DNA of 64,000 nucleotides from Macrostomum lignano (GCA_002269645.1 NIVC01001877.1:80406-144405); one strand, 5' to 3'; numbered from the stretch's first letter, positions 36,121-56,134 are shown. Made by a program: numbers and translations. Notes: a model not told the origin generated them from the letters alone.

Positions 36121-38298
36121 TGGCTTGTGACGAATATAATAATATGAGACGTGTGCATCGAAAAAATGACAAGAAAAATCTCACAAAAACTGCTGTAACT
36201 TCAAAACTACAAGTGCGAATTTCACAAGTGAGGTGTCATTTTAAAGAGAAGAATCTGATCTATTTAACGAGTATAGTTTTGTATGGATTCACTGCGGAGA
36301 AAAGGAACAGGCTTCAGTTGAAATGTTTGTCTTAAGATTATGTCTTTACAAAAGTGCATTTCCTCATGCACATTAAAACTCGAGCTAAAAATGTTCGAGG
36401 GTTATAGGTGCGCCTTACTAAGATGCATAACATTATTGGGTTGTTTTTTTCAATTGTATCAAAAAGTTGGCACTTTGGTTGCAAAAAATGCAAAAATTGA
36501 AAATGTACTTTTACAGTTTTTTGCATTTTTTTCTATACTGCTAATAGTTAAGCATACATACTATGCACCAATTGATGCGCAATTCAAAGATACACAAGTG
36601 TGGAAGTTTTCAATTCTTAGACATTTGAAATCAGAAAGTTATCGACGAAAGACTAAAAATCATGATCTCAAACTGATTTGAGGAAAAGTGCTCATTATAA
36701 TTTTTGGAATATGGAAGAAACAATTCAACGCCGTCATCTAATTCCAAACTAACTGTACTTTAAGGTACTGCGATGATTTTTTTATTGAAAGAGCGAAACC
36801 TGTTTAAATATTTGAAAAAATGGAAAAAAAGTACCTTTTTTCATAGAAATACACTCTTTTGACTGCTTAATCCGATTTCCAACAACAAAATAGTTGCTTT
36901 CCTGCTGGTGCAAACCGTTATTAGGGTGAATTTTCAAAATTGCATACTGTGCCAAAAGTAAACTGAAGCTTAATATTTATAAACATTAGAAACGGGACCA
37001 CTAATGGGTATTTTACTTTGGTTACTTACTATGGACTAAACTGGCACTGGCAGAGACAGATTTGAGAGAAACTAATTGCTCCATTGTATTTGTATTTGGC
37101 TCCAGCGTTACAAATTACAATAGCTATTTCGGGGTCTAACCGGCTAAGTTATCAAAAAAGCTAGATACCAATCACCAGTTTCATCATCAGCTATACCTAC
37201 CACGATTTTATAGTCACATGCAACAGTAATACCCTCCTTTAAAAGTTTTCAATATCTAAAATGATGTGTTAAATTTTATAAAATTTCATAAACAGTGAAA
37301 TTTTAGCTGTTTACGTGCTGGTGGTTTGAACGTAGCTACTTTGTGCGAAAATACACTGTCATTAATACCGTACCTATCATTGTATTTATTGTATTGAAAG
37401 TTGATGTGTAAATTGTACTTTTCTATTTTTTTGTCATTCGTTATCGCACTCGGGCCGGCCTGCCTGCCTTGTGGGGTGTGGTGGCCTTGGCCACTTTCTC
37501 CCCCTTCTGCTAGGATCCAAAGCAAGCTTTCAAGTGTACATTTAATATTATCGATCGATTATTTAAAACAAGCCTCTAGTGGCTGGTGTTGAGAGTGAGT
37601 GGCCTTGAGTGTACGCGAAAGCAAGAGGAAGCCCATGGGCGGACTATATGAACCTTCCTTTAGTGGAAAGTTGGGCCTTGTGCATTGGATAGTGTACGCT
37701 ACACAAGACAGAAGGTAAAGAGAAAGAGAACGACAGGCTAGCCAATAGCGATAGCATGTGCTTCTTTCTCTCCAGTCCACTATGGTAGGGGGGGGGGAGG
37801 GGGGTGTCAGACGGCCCAACTCTAACCCCCATACCCAAAACAGCGTACATGTAGAATAAGAAGGGATTGGGTCCAGATAAGTCTTCCCAAATGTACATGT
37901 ATGTACAAAGACAAACACAGACAAGAAAAATGGCTCTAAAAACCATTGTTATTGTTACACTGTGTGTCTATTTTTATTAACTTGACTTTGACTTGTCTTT
38001 ACTCTAGCATGGTCAAGGATAATTACTGTTACTTCATACCTAATTTACAATTAATTGCATAAGATTAAGAAGGAATAATACAATCGAGGTCGAACCCATG
38101 ATCACTTGACCCACCCACCCATGATCACTTCTGATTCTGACCTACATGTATCTACTATATCCTGCCAGTTTCTCCAGTTTTATGGGTCTTGGTGTCGGTG
38201 ATTCGAGCAATTCCATTACATTTTATCGGTGCAGTGCGTCTATTAATGCTTAGCTACTTGTATATGTGTTGCAGAACTTATGCTCGTAGTTTCCCTTC

Positions 38299-39073
38299 TA
38301 GGGATGTTGACCCGGGAGTGCTCCCGGGGAGCTTGTCGGGGAATACTCTCCGGGGAATTTAACCGGGGACCCTGGGGAGAAAAAATATGAAAAAATGCAT
38401 TTGTAACTTAATTTTTGCCATTAAAATAAGAAACTGATTCACAGAAAGCTGATTGAAACTCTGTCTATGCTCTTTTACCGCATAATTGCTTATTTCAATG
38501 CATTACATGTATTTGAAACACAACACACGTTTGATTGTTTTTTCACTAATAAGTCATTCAATCAAGCAAATTGCACGTAGAAAAGAAACCCGTCAGGAAA
38601 AAGAAGCCTTACTCACTAGTGACTGCTGTGTTGGTCTGCGTTGACGGCTTGACGCAGGCGCAGCGCTGCGTCATGCGTCAGGCACTGACGCATAGGGGGT
38701 GTCATACATATACTCCCTATTAGACAAGGACAAAATGGTGATTTACATATATATGCAAGAAATAAAATTCCGATTATAAAAACAGTCTCATTCATTAATT
38801 ATCCTCTCACGAGCGTTGCTGTTTAGCATGCATTCCAACAAATGCACTTTTCCGATAAAGGTGCGCGCACGATTTCGTGATGCCACATTGTCAAATACAG
38901 TTTAAAAAAACATTGTTTAAAATTTTTACCCCTGCGCCTTGAACATGTAGTACAAAGCTTAAATCAAAGTTTAAAAAATTCCACTTACAATCTAAGTGAT
39001 CCGCCGTTTTAACTTATTTTTTCTTTTCACCGGGGTCCCGATAAGATAATTCCCTGGGGAATCGACATCCCTA
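38299..39073. mobile_element. Non-autonomous TIR DNA transposon, 775 bp
   Basis: TIR tagggatgttga / tcgacatcccta (11/12); flanking ttcccttc duplicated at 38291-38298 and 39075-39082; subterminal ccgggg(a) repeats at both ends. Confidence 0.72.
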
Positions 39074-40322
39074 ATTCCCTTCCTATAAATCATTTGACGT
39101 TAGAGACATTTTACAACTCTCGCCCTACTTTATCTATTAGGCTAACTTTATGTATGACACGACGCAAAATATTAGGAGCATCAGCGTTAATAATGCCTTG
39201 AAAGTCTTTAAATAATCGATACAACACTAGGTATTATAAAATTCCAACCCCAAAGCTCACTGGGGCGAAAAGACTTTGTCTTCATTAACTAGTAAAGCAT
39301 GAGAATGTATATAATGTTAAACTAGAAAACTCGAGACACGAGTTAGACTTTAAAAAAGGTTGAACTTAGGCCTAGTTAGGCCTACTCACTCTACTGAACG
39401 GAACAACTGAACACAACCACAAGATAGGCCTGCCCTAGTGCCTAATATCTGAGAAATGACAAGAAAAAATATAGATTACAATGAAATAATATTAATAACT
39501 TAAGACTCAACAAACATATATACACAAAATTTAGTATTGCACCTATATACCAAGCCCAAGGCCAAGAGGTAGGCTCTCTACTCTATGCTAAATATGGGTA
39601 ATGCAATGTATACCAGGCCCACCTGTAGGCTTATTATGCAAATTTGTATGCTAATGGTATTTGCCAAATCCCTCTATATGCTGGAATTTTCTGGCATACA
39701 TATATAGCAGCTAGGCCTAGTCTACCTCTACCATCCTAAGTCTAAATTGTTCATAGAAATGATTGGAATTTATTTTACTCATTATAAATATAAACCTTTA
39801 GTTAGGCTGAGTATAAATAGGGTTTTTCCCATTAATATTAATTAAGGGGTCCTTAGGTCTAATTTATCATTTAGCCTTAGTCTTAGGTCTAGCCCTAAAA
39901 TTAAACTATCATGAGCCTATGGTAGGCCCAATTCACTATTGCAATATTATTACTTAGGGGGCCTACTAGGTCAATCTATATCTAAGCCTGTTATAGCCCT
40001 AGGATCTGTATACAAAGGGCCTATCAACTTAAGCTATGTCACTAAGGGCACTAGGGGCATAGATAGATCACTAGGGGCTCTATTGAACTATATCATCCTA
40101 TATGTTATTCTGTTTATAATTATAGTGATATCAGTTACTAAGAAGCTAGATTTGGCAAGTGACAAAATTTGGACCTGGAATAGGAAAGAACAAGCAAAAA
40201 GATAATTAGGGACTATTAGTGCAGTAACCCCGCATGGGGAATTCAAATTCAAAACATTAAAAGCATAAAAAACCATTTTTGAATATTTGACTAACTTCCA
40301 AATCAATTTTTTTTGTTTGAAA

Positions 40323-40425
40323 CATACATGCGCAACCTCCAAAATTCGGTCAGCCATGCAACTTAGTTTTAACAAAAATGCAATGTAGTTTTTAGCCAAA
40401 AATGTGACTTACAAGATATAAAAAA
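40323..40425 (+). mobile_element. Truncated, diverged copy of the 287-bp MITE
   Basis: catacatgcgcaacctccaaaattcggtcagccatgcaacttagttttaacaaaaatgc aligns to 11839 onward. Confidence 0.8.
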
Positions 40426-42666
40426 CTGATTAGGTGGCTTTAATCCATCCAACAAAACTCTTGCATGCCTCACCCTTTCTCACTTCATTCTTCAACTTAA
40501 GCCTGCCACAATGTAGCAAGTTGTGTCACCCACAAAGATAAGATATAGGGTTTTCTTTTTTGCCAGAGACAAGGTGCAAAATTGCACCCTATGTTCATTT
40601 TCATGGTATAATTTTAAAGCTTAAAGTGTAATTTCTCTTATTTATTATTTTAAGGCAGTGCAAATGAGGCTTCACTAGAAAAATAGACTATGAGACTACA
40701 TTTAAACTGCACCCACTTTTCAATTTCAAGGTGCAATTTTTAAATTTAGGGTGCATATACATACTCTGCACACAAAAAATAAACCCAGATGAGAGACTTT
40801 ACATGCACTCTTGAAAGTGGCAACCATAGAATCTTTTATGATAGCAACTTTTTGATATTGCTAAGCATATAAGCACACTATATACAATACTACCTCCTGA
40901 TGGTAGGCATTCAAATTGAAAATTCAAATATTGAAAGCATTAAAAACTTTGCTTTTTGAATATTTGACCCCTCTATTAACAATTGGTGTAGTTTTTTGAC
41001 CTATTAACAATTGGTACAAATTTTATATACAAATTTGCTAAATGAATCTGAATTAATTGGGCACATTAGCTATTGCCCTCATCTGCAATTATATTACTGC
41101 ACTACCCAGTGTTGTATTTATTCATAAAATAAGACAGACAAGATCAGAGTAGTTTAGGGGGTTGATAAATTTCAGGCCAGCTTTTTAACCCCCATGTACC
41201 AACTCTTTCATCAATTGTTTATATTACACTAGTTGGTAAATGATAATAAAGTTTAACCAATCCCACAAATTGTGAGCCTACTGTGCAAAGGGTCATAAAA
41301 CTCTTTAACCTTATTGTGAATATATATTCTACATTGTATATTGGCCAAGGAAAGGCCTTAATAGTTGAACTGAACAATTAAATTTAGAAACATAGCATCC
41401 ATTAAAAGCATTAAAAATCAATTTTTATATTTGACCTAATTCCCATTGAAATTTTTCATCAAAAAAGTTTTTTATTTTTTAGGGGCCAATAATATAGACA
41501 TGAAAAACCATAGTTGCATCATGTCAGTCTGAACAAACATTTTTTAAATTGATGATAATTATAACCCTTATCTTAATCCTGTCTTAATCCTTATAATAAC
41601 CATTGAAAGTCTATCATACTATGTCATGATCCCAAAACCTGTTTTATTTTTTTTTCTTAGTCCAACAATTCCAACTTTCCCCAATTATTATGCACCCATT
41701 TTTAAAAACATTCAGACTTGTAGCCTATCTTTCCCCCATCAAAGGCTAGCATAAAAATAGGGATAAAAAGTAATCTGAGCAAGAGAGAAAAGGGAATAAG
41801 AAGGTTGAATGCAAGTTTTGGGGCCAGATAGAATTATAGATCATCTAAAACCTTAAAAGCAAGATTGAAACCTTTGGGGGCTAGATCTAGCCTTTGTGCT
41901 AAAGGTTGCCAATCCTTGATTTAGATATATATTTGAATCTTTAATTAATATATAATTTATAGAAGGGTCTTAAAAACAAAATGCACAATTTATATGCTAA
42001 GAAATTAGAGTTAAAAAATGTTTCATATAGTCCCATTGAATGACCTTAACTATTATGTCTTTATTAGATAAAGCATAAAACTCTAAAATGCCTAGACCTT
42101 TTGACTTATATTTAAGAAAATAAGATAAACTATCTATATTGAAAATTATATTTTTGTTTTTGAAATATACTATAAACTAGTGTAGATTAAGGCCTAGCCT
42201 AGGTTGAAATAAGTTTTAAATATTTATTATAACTCCTATTATAAGATCTTCAATAGGTTAGACTAATTATAGCAAATATAGACATTTATTAGGTTAGCTA
42301 AGAATAATGTCTTTGGATATATCAAGATTGAGAATTTATATTTTGTTAAAATTATAATTTTAATAGTCTAACCTCAAATAAGAATATAAAAGTCTAACAA
42401 AAGAATTATTTTGGACTAAGTAAAACCTAAGTTATATTGGGATACTAAGATTATAGAATTGAGATTAAAATTTACTCTCTCCCTAATTTATAGTGTACTA
42501 AAGCAATATAGCTATAAAGAAAAGTGTATATAATTTATTTTAAACCAATTTACTCTCAAGACTAAGGGTTGGAAAACCTTTTTAACTAAAGGCCAGGTAT
42601 AGAATGTAGCACATGATTATAGGCTACAAAAATAAGAGGGGACAAATTAGAAAAGAGAAATATAAG

Positions 42667-42740
<74 letters not shown>

Positions 42741-43757
42741 AGAAAAGAAAATAAAAGTAAAGAAGAAACAAAGAAAATAGAGGGAAAAAGATTAGAAAAA
42801 GGAAAAAAATAGGAGAAACAAGATAAGAAAAGAGAGAATACTGAAGACAGCTAAGAAAAGGCTAACCTTAAGCAAGCCAAATTGCTATTGTTAAATTTCA
42901 AAGGACTTTTGCTAAATCTTGCTTTAGATCTTTGTCTCTTTTATTATGATCATAGACCTTCAATATATAGATATTTAATATGTATATAAGCACTATCTCT
43001 GAAATTATTTTTATAGTTTTATAACTTACCCAAAAATAATATAAAATCTTTAATTTGTTATCAAATTTCAAGCAAGAATGTCATAGATAGGGAATTGTTA
43101 CTTCTTGCTACTGGCTATTACAGTTGTAAAAATCTAAATATGAAAAATATTGTTCTGCAGATAGTATAGAATGCATCTGTGACACCCTAGTAATTTGATC
43201 ATCTTTTTGGACTGTTTTCTTCTATATTATATTTATAATAATATAAACTTAAACAAATATTGTCAAATACTTTAAAATATAGGCAAGACTTTGATGCAAA
43301 ATTGCATTGCACCTTAAGTTGATAGAAATGCAAATGAACCCTTCTAGACTTATCTCAATTGTTAACTTCATTACTTAGTAGCTATTAAGCTTTCATTGAG
43401 GCAAACCTGTAATATAAGTTATGCAGTCCTATGATAAATATTTATAAAATTTGATAATTATCAGAATTATGGCATCCTGTATTTAAACACAGAAGCTAGG
43501 TTCAGTCAAATAAAAAAATAAAATGCCTAACACAGCTGAGCCTCTTTGGCACACAGAAGTTGAAAATTTCTGCAGACTCAATAGAATTGAGTTATAGATT
43601 TTTTGTAAAATTAAAGTTGGTATGTAATTACTGCATGCCCAGCCAGCGATAACACACTGGAGGCAACAATTGAAGTCGCTGAAAATTGGGCCCCTCTCTC
43701 AATTGCTGCTCATCTCCCAGTCCCCAACTAGTTTGAAACAAAGAGCACACAGAAAGC

Positions 43758-48763
<5,006 letters not shown>

Positions 48764-48889
48764 TTTTTTTGTTGCTAATATAAGTTGAGATTAATTCCCT
48801 AGTATCTATGTACTCAGGCTATCGGTTTATGAGGGCGTCATCAGTTAAATGGCGAATGAGGAAAGTACTCAGAGCGATTGAGACACATT

Positions 48890-50415
48890 TGAGACAGTTT
48901 AGCAAGACAAGTTTGAGACACATTAACCAGACACATTAACGAGACACATTAACGAGACACATTAACGAGACACATTAACGAGACACATTTGAGACACATT
49001 AACGAAACACATTTGAGACACATTAACTAGACACATTAACGAGACACATTAACGAGACACATTTGAGACACATTAACTAGACACATTAACGAGACACATT
49101 AACGAGACACATTAACGAGACACATTTGAGACACATTAACGAGACACATTAACGAGACACATTTGAGACACATTAACGAGACACATTAACGAAACACATT
49201 TGAGACACATTAACGAGACACATTAACGAGACACATTAACGAAACACATTTGAGACACATTAACGAGACACATTTGAGACACATTAACGAAACACATTTG
49301 AGACACATTAACGAAACACATTTGAGACACATTAACTAGACACATTAACGAGACACATTAACGAAACACATTTGAGACACATTAACGAGACACATTAACT
49401 AGACACATTTGAGACACATTAACGAGACACATTAACTAGACACATTAACGAGACACATTAACGAAACAAATTTGAGACACATTAACGAGACACATTAACG
49501 AGACACATTAACGAAACACATTTGAGACACATTAACGAGACACATTAACTAGACACATTTGAGACACATTAACGAAACACATTTGAGACACATTAACGAG
49601 ACACATTAACTAGACACATTAACGAGACACATTAACGAAACAAATTTGAGACACATTAACGAGACACATTAACTAGACACATTAACTAGACACATTAACG
49701 AAACACATTTGAGACACATTAACGAGACACATTAACTAGACACATTTGAGACACATTAACGAGACACATTAACTAGACACATTTGAGACACATTAACGAG
49801 ACACATTAACTAGACACATTAACGAGACACATTAACGAAACAAATTTGAGACACATTAACGAGACACATTAACGAGACACATTAACGAAACACATTTGAG
49901 ACACATTAACGAGACACATTAACTAGACACATTTGAGACACATTAACGAAACACATTTGAGACACATTAACGAGACACATTAACTAGACACATTAACGAG
50001 ACACATTAACGAAACAAATTTGAGACACATTAACGAGACACATTAACTAGACACATTAACTAGACACATTAACGAAACACATTTGAGACACATTAACGAG
50101 ACACATTAACTAGACACATTTGAGACACATTAACGAGACACATTAACTAGACACATTTGAGACACATTAACGAGACACATTAACTAGACACATTAACGAG
50201 ACACATTAACGAAACAAATTTGAGACACATTAACGAGACACATTAACTAGACACATTAACGAGACACATTAACGAAACACATTTGAGACACATTAACGAG
50301 ACACATTAACTAGACACATTTGAGACACATTAACGAGACACATTAACGAGACACATTTGAGACACATTAACGAGACACATTTGAGACATTAACGAGACAC
50401 ATTTGAGACATTAAT
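48890..50415. repeat. Mixed 13/11-bp minisatellite downstream of the mannosidase gene
   Basis: gagacacattaac / gagacacattt units with tagac, gaaac and gaaacaaattt variants. Confidence 0.97.
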
Positions 50416-51739
50416 GGTGTCTTGACTGGCCTCTTTAAATAAGCTGTTAAAACAGCCCTTAATGTGTATTCTAATTTGCCAGCGGTTATTGTGCTGTGTT
50501 CATTAATATTTCTTATTCGCTTGAAAAAATTCTGCGCAATGGTAACGCAAATTAATGTTGAAAATCATTTCACGTTCTTAAGGTGCTCGATTAGAAAATT
50601 AACCGACATAACCGATATTTATATTTAAAGTGGTTATTAAAACTTTTCCCTAACTATTAGAATCGAGAAATTAACAAAAATTACTTGGTTGTGTCCCACT
50701 GCCAAACCCTATATAACGCCATCCATTACTTGAATGTCAAACTTTGATTGTCTGTAGGGCAGTCATATCTAGCTCATCCGTATTGTGTGCCTTTTATCTC
50801 TTATTCCTCTGACATTGACCTGCTGTTAGCTAGCTGTTAGCATATAACTGGTCTCTTTAGTGTGTACATTTGTTTAGGTCTTTTGCTTTTATGCTAAAAA
50901 AAGAGAAAAATTTAATTTACAAACTTCAATGTCCAATTAATCCGTGAAGTTCCAGTGGCAGTTTTTGTACCTGTGTGAGAATATCTGATTCATTCGACTT
51001 GATACCAATTTGCTTAATTTCGGCACAAGATGCTTTTAGTTTGTTTGCTTTTGCGGACTGAGACAATTTCTAGCTGTTGTAACTGTAGGCTCTGTTTTCA
51101 GTTTGATGAAAAATATTTAGCCTGATTCTCCATATTTTACGTCAATACCTACTTATCGTTTTGTGCGGCTGTCTGTGGTTAATTTCAAATATATTTTTTG
51201 GTGTAATCAAATCTCCTTTAAGAATCGCCCTCTATCTCCCTTAAGAATCACCCTCTATCTCCCTTAAGAATCACCCTCTATCTATCTTAGGAATCACCAT
51301 AGATTAAACTTAAGTAATGAAACATTATTAGGCTTTTCCTGCGTATCCCTATACATAGCTTATAGCATGCAACCGTTATCTCTTATTTTGTGCAACGATA
51401 CAAGCTGAAAGTATTGAAACAAAGAAGCAAAAATGATCCTCCCTCCCCAGTGATCTTTGTTCTGATAAATTTGATTTCTTTGAAGCAACTTTTGATGTAT
51501 GCGTGTCTCTCGCGAGGTGAAATGCTGCTATTTGTTGGATCGATATTTTGCCTTTTTTACCAATTGTGTTTTTGCTTAATTCTCTGTATTCTGCTTATGG
51601 CTGTCCCAGTTCGGTTCACTTATTTTAAAATGTTTCGCTTTTATGGTCTTCATTCTACTGTGGGTTCTATAGCTGTACTGTAATTTATTTTCTTATTTAT
51701 TTAACTCAATAATTGCTGGAAATCTTGTCTATCTGATTC

Positions 51740-52510
51740 CCCCGCCTTTCCCTGTTTTCTTTTTCCCCTCTTTCCCCTCCTCTTCCTCTCTTCCCCTCCT
51801 CTTCCTCTCTTTCCCCTCCTCTTCCTCTCTTTCCCCTCCTCTTCCTCTCTTCCCCTCCTCTTCCTCTCTTCCCCTCCTCTTCCTCTCTTTCCCCTCCTCT
51901 TCCTCTCTTCCCCTCCTCTTCCTCTCTTCCCCTCCTCTTCCTCTCTTCCCCTCCTCTTCCTCTCTTTTCTCATCCTCTTCTTTTCTTTCCCCTCCTCTTC
52001 CTCTCTTCCCCTCCTCTTCCTCTCTTTTCTCATCCTCTTCCTCTCTTTCCCCTCCTCTTCCTCTCTTTCCCCTCCTCTTCCTCTCTTTCCCCTCCTCTTC
52101 CTCTCTTTCCCCTCCTCTTCCTCTCTTCCCCTCCTCTTCCTCTCTTTCCCCTCCTCTTCTTCTCTTTCCCCTTCTCTTCCTCTCTTTTCTCATCCTCTTC
52201 CTCTCTTTCCCCTCCTCTTCCTCTCTTTCCCCTCCTCTTCTTCTCTTTCCCCTCCTCTTCCTCTCTTTCCCCTCCTCTTCCTCTCTTTCCCCTCCTCTTC
52301 CTCTCTTTCCCCTCCTCTTCCTCTCTTTTCTCATCCTCTTCCTCTCTTTCCCCTCCTCTTCCTCTCTTTTCTCATCCTCTTCTTCTCTTCCCATTCTATT
52401 CCTCTCTTTCCCCTCCTTTTCTCCTCTTTTCCCCTCTTCCTCTCTTCCCCCTTATTTTCTCCTCTTCCCTTCTTTCCCCTTTTCTTCCCTGTTTCCGTTT
52501 TTCCTCTCTC
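51740..52510. repeat. CT-rich tandem array, ~21-22-bp unit
   Basis: ttcccctcctcttcctctct(t) repeats. Confidence 0.93.
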
Positions 52511-53224
52511 CTCTTTACCACGCCGCTAATTCTATTGATATGAATTGATATTCTCAAATGGCACTCAACCTTTCCTCCTTATATATAGATTTCAGTATTT
52601 CATTATGCTAAAATAAAAATTTAGTTATCACAGCAAAGCTATTGAGGTCTATATGTGTTAAATTACTTCTGCTAGTGCAATAAAAATATTTGGTTAGTCC
52701 CTTGACTCTTGGAAATCTTTTCCGTGTTTTAATAATTTAATTTCTGCTTCTAGCCTAATAATTTTCGTAAACTTGGCCGCAACTTCTGCTGCCCGATCTC
52801 TCGCGGTGCCAAATCATTCGAATGGCCTACCTTGCTCTTCTAATTTATCAGGTTTTGCTAATGTCATGTTCGGTTCAGTTATATTATTATTATTTGCCTA
52901 GAGTATCTGTGTCATTTCTTTCTTGTTTCCCTAGATTCGGTCTGTAAGCTGACAATAAAAATGTATAACTGTATTTATTTCATTTGTGTTGTTTTCTAGG
53001 TCAAATAGGAATTAAATATTTATTGAAAACTATTCTATATTTCATAAACGGAAGTTCATTCTGTGATCCACCGGCCATTGCTTTAAAAGTACACTTGTTG
53101 AGACCTATTGTGTACTGACTGACTTGTCTGTGTGTGCGAGTCTTTGTAACTCCTTTTTCAGCGCAATAGGATTTATATAGGGTGTTTTGTTTATTAAATT
53201 TTAGTCATTTCTAGCATATAGATC

Positions 53225-53850
53225 CATTACTGAGTCTAGTATATCCATTCCTGAGTCTAGTCTATCCATTACTGAGTCTAGTATATTCATTACTGAGTCT
53301 AGTATATCCATTACTGAGTCTAGTATATCCATTACTGAGTCTAGTATATCCATTACTGAGTCTAGTATATCCATTACTGAGTCTAGTATATTCATTACTG
53401 AGTCTAGTATATCCATTACTGAGTCTAGTATATCCATTACTGAGTCTAGTATATCCATTACTGAGTCTAGTATATCCATTACTGAGTCTAGTATATCCAT
53501 TACTGAGTCTAGTATATCCATTACTGAGTCTAGTATATTCATTACTGAGTCTAGTATATCCATTACTAGGTCTAGTATATCCATTACTGAGTCTAGTATA
53601 TCCATTACTGAGTCTAGTATATCCATTACTGAGTCTAGTCTATCCATTACTGAGTCTAGTATATCCATTACTGAGTCTAGTATATCCATTACTGAGTCTA
53701 GTATATCCATTACTGAGTCTGGTATATCCATTACTGAGTCTAGTATATCCATTACTGAGTCTAGTATATCCATTACTGAGTCTGGTATATCCATTACTGA
53801 GTCTAGTATATCCATTACTGAGTCTAGTATATCCATTACTGAGTCTAGTC
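53225..53850. repeat. 21-bp minisatellite, about 30 copies
   Basis: atccattactgagtctagtat; gives the MDILDSV ORF on the minus strand. Confidence 0.96.
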
Positions 53851-54613
53851 TATCTGCGCTTGCTTGAGCTGCAGCCCCAAAGACAGTTCTATCATTGAAT
53901 TGCTGTGTAGTTGCTATGTTCGGTCTAGGAGAGAGTGAGGGGGGAGAGAGAGATGGAGAGAAAGAGACAAGACCGTCTACAGAGCTGATTTACCTGTGTA
54001 TGCTTGTGTTTACATGTACAGTGTGTGTATGCGTGTGTGTTACTTTCCTACCTCCTGTCAGCGCTGCAGCACTCTAATTGCTGTAACAACCTGACACACA
54101 CACACGCACACAAAAATGACGGTATATATATAGCCTGCGCATTGTGAAGGTAGCAAAATTGTATGTTACACAGTTTCTTCTGTATAAAATAAGCAGTTTC
54201 ATAGTAGCTAGAGTAGTTTAAATAAAGTTCTTTTGAATTTTTTCTCATCTCATGCGCGATTGAAGTAGTTTTTTATATTTACACTTAGGGCAGATAAGTA
54301 AGTATTGCGTGGTTTGATATTGCTATACATTTTTCTGTTTAACAAACCAGTCTATTATAAGCTATATTATAAACTAGAGATACTTAAAGCCGAAATTTTA
54401 TTTATAGACACTATCTACAGACTTCATGAACCTACAGATACTATCTACAGACTTCATGTACCTATAGACACTATCTACAGACTTCATGTACCTAAAGACC
54501 ATACTATCGCACCCCTGTTGCACCTTTTGCAGCGAGATATATTCAATAGCAGTATTGAACTCGATCGTTAAGCTAAGCAAGCAGTTACCAATTAAAACGC
54601 CAATCAAGTCGCT

Positions 54614-56068
54614 ATGAAGCGACTTCGGCAGTTGACCCCGCAACCCACGACTCCAGTGAGCCGTTCGACTGCCTCGCCTAATGGCGTGAATTTTCAATTT
54701 CCAAGCGAGCACAATGCCTACAGTCAGGCCGTGCTGCAGGATCTCATGGACCCTAAAAAGGCCCGCGCATTCGAAAGATTAAATAGCAACGTAGCCGACA
54801 TCTGGCGTCCTGAGTTCGATGACGATTTCTACCTGTTCAGGTGGGCTGCGTTTGCTAGCACCGGTTGTTATTAGTTGCTAGCACCGGTTGTTATTAGTTG
54901 GTAGCACCGGTTGCTATTAGTTGCTAGCACCGGTTGTTATTAGTTGCTAGCACCGGTTGTTATTAGTTGCTAGCACCGGTTGTTATTAGTTGCTAGCACC
55001 GGTTGTTATTAGTTGCTAGCACCGGTTGTTATTAGTTGCTAGCACCGGTTGTTATTAGTTGCTAGCACCGGTTGTTATTAGTTGCTAGCACCGGTTGTTA
55101 TTAGTTGCTAGCACCGGTTGTTATTAGTTGCTAGCACCGGTTGTTATTAGTTGCTAGCACGGGTTGTTATTAGTTGCTAGCACCGGTTGTTATTAGTTGC
55201 TAGCACCGGTTGTTATTAGTTGCTAGCACCGGTTGTATTAGCTGCTAGCACGGGTTGTTATTAGTTGCTAGCACCGGTTGTTATTAGTTGCTAGCACCGG
55301 TTGTTATTAGTTGCTAGCACCGGTTGTTATTAGTTGCTAGCACCGGTTGTTATTAGTTGCTAGCACCGGTTGTTATTAGTTGCTAGCACCGGTTGTTATT
55401 AGTTGCTAGCACCGGTTGTTATTAGTTGCTAGCACCGGTTGTTATTAGTTGCTAGCACCGGTTGTTATTAGTTGCTAGCACCGGTTGTTATTAGTTGCTA
55501 GCACCGGTTGTTATTAGTTGCTAGCACCGGTTGTTATTAGTTGCTAGCACGGGTTGTTATTAGTTGCTAGCACCGGTTGTTATTAGTTGCTAGCACCGGT
55601 TGTTATTAGTTGCTAGCACCGGTTGTATTAGCTGCTAGCACGGGTTGTTATTAGTTGCTAGCACCGGTTGTTATTAGTTGCTAGCACCGGTTGTTATTAG
55701 TTGCTAGCACCGGTTGTTATTAGTTGCTAGCACTGGTTGTTATTAGTTGCTAGCACCGGTTGTATTAGCTGCTAGCACCGGTTGTATTAGCTGCTAGCAG
55801 CGGTTGTCATTCTTCAGTTTATAAACAAATTTTTCTCACTCAACAGGTGGGTGAAAGCGCGCCAATTCGACGCCAAGAAGGCGGAGCAGATGCTGCGCGA
55901 TCATCTCGAATGGCGCCGAGAATTTCGCGCCGACGCAATTTTAGAAGAGTTCGCTATGCCGACCGTGCTAGCCGACTATTATACTGGCGGCTTCTGCGGC
56001 CACGACCGCGAGGGCCGCCCGGTCTGGTACGATCCTATCGGCCGCAATGATCCCGAGGGACTGGCAAG
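54614..56068 (+). CDS. SEC14-like CRAL-TRIO lipid-binding protein (SEC14L2/3/4-like), exons 1-2; remainder lies beyond the window
   Basis: Exon 54614-54840 (..DDDFYLFR) joined in phase 2 to 55847-56068 ([65 protein letters not shown]), matching the CRAL-TRIO-N motif LLRWLRARxFDxxKAxxML and GxDxEGxPV. Donor GTGAAT at 56069. The start codon is tentative. Confidence 0.9.
54851..55805. repeat. 23-bp minisatellite filling SEC14-like intron 1
   Basis: ttgctagcaccggttgttattag repeated about 41 times, starting 10 bp after the donor. Confidence 0.97.
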
Positions 56069-56134
56069 GTGAATTGCTGATTGCCTGCAGGTCTTCTACG
56101 GTCCCTGTAGCTTTGTAGGGCCTTGAGTTTCACT

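Noticed and set aside
50930-51680. Minus-strand stretches with protein-like translation
   Set aside because: Interrupted by stops, with no recognisable domain or consistent splice model.
53201-53836. 211-aa MDILDSV heptad ORF on the minus strand
   Set aside because: It follows from a stop-free 21-bp unit. A candidate acceptor near 53925 exists, but no convincing upstream coding exon was found; treated as a minisatellite.
56069-56092. CAG-GT 22 nt after the SEC14 donor as a micro-intron or recursive splice site
   Set aside because: Too short for a normal intron, and using it leads to a stop within ten codons.
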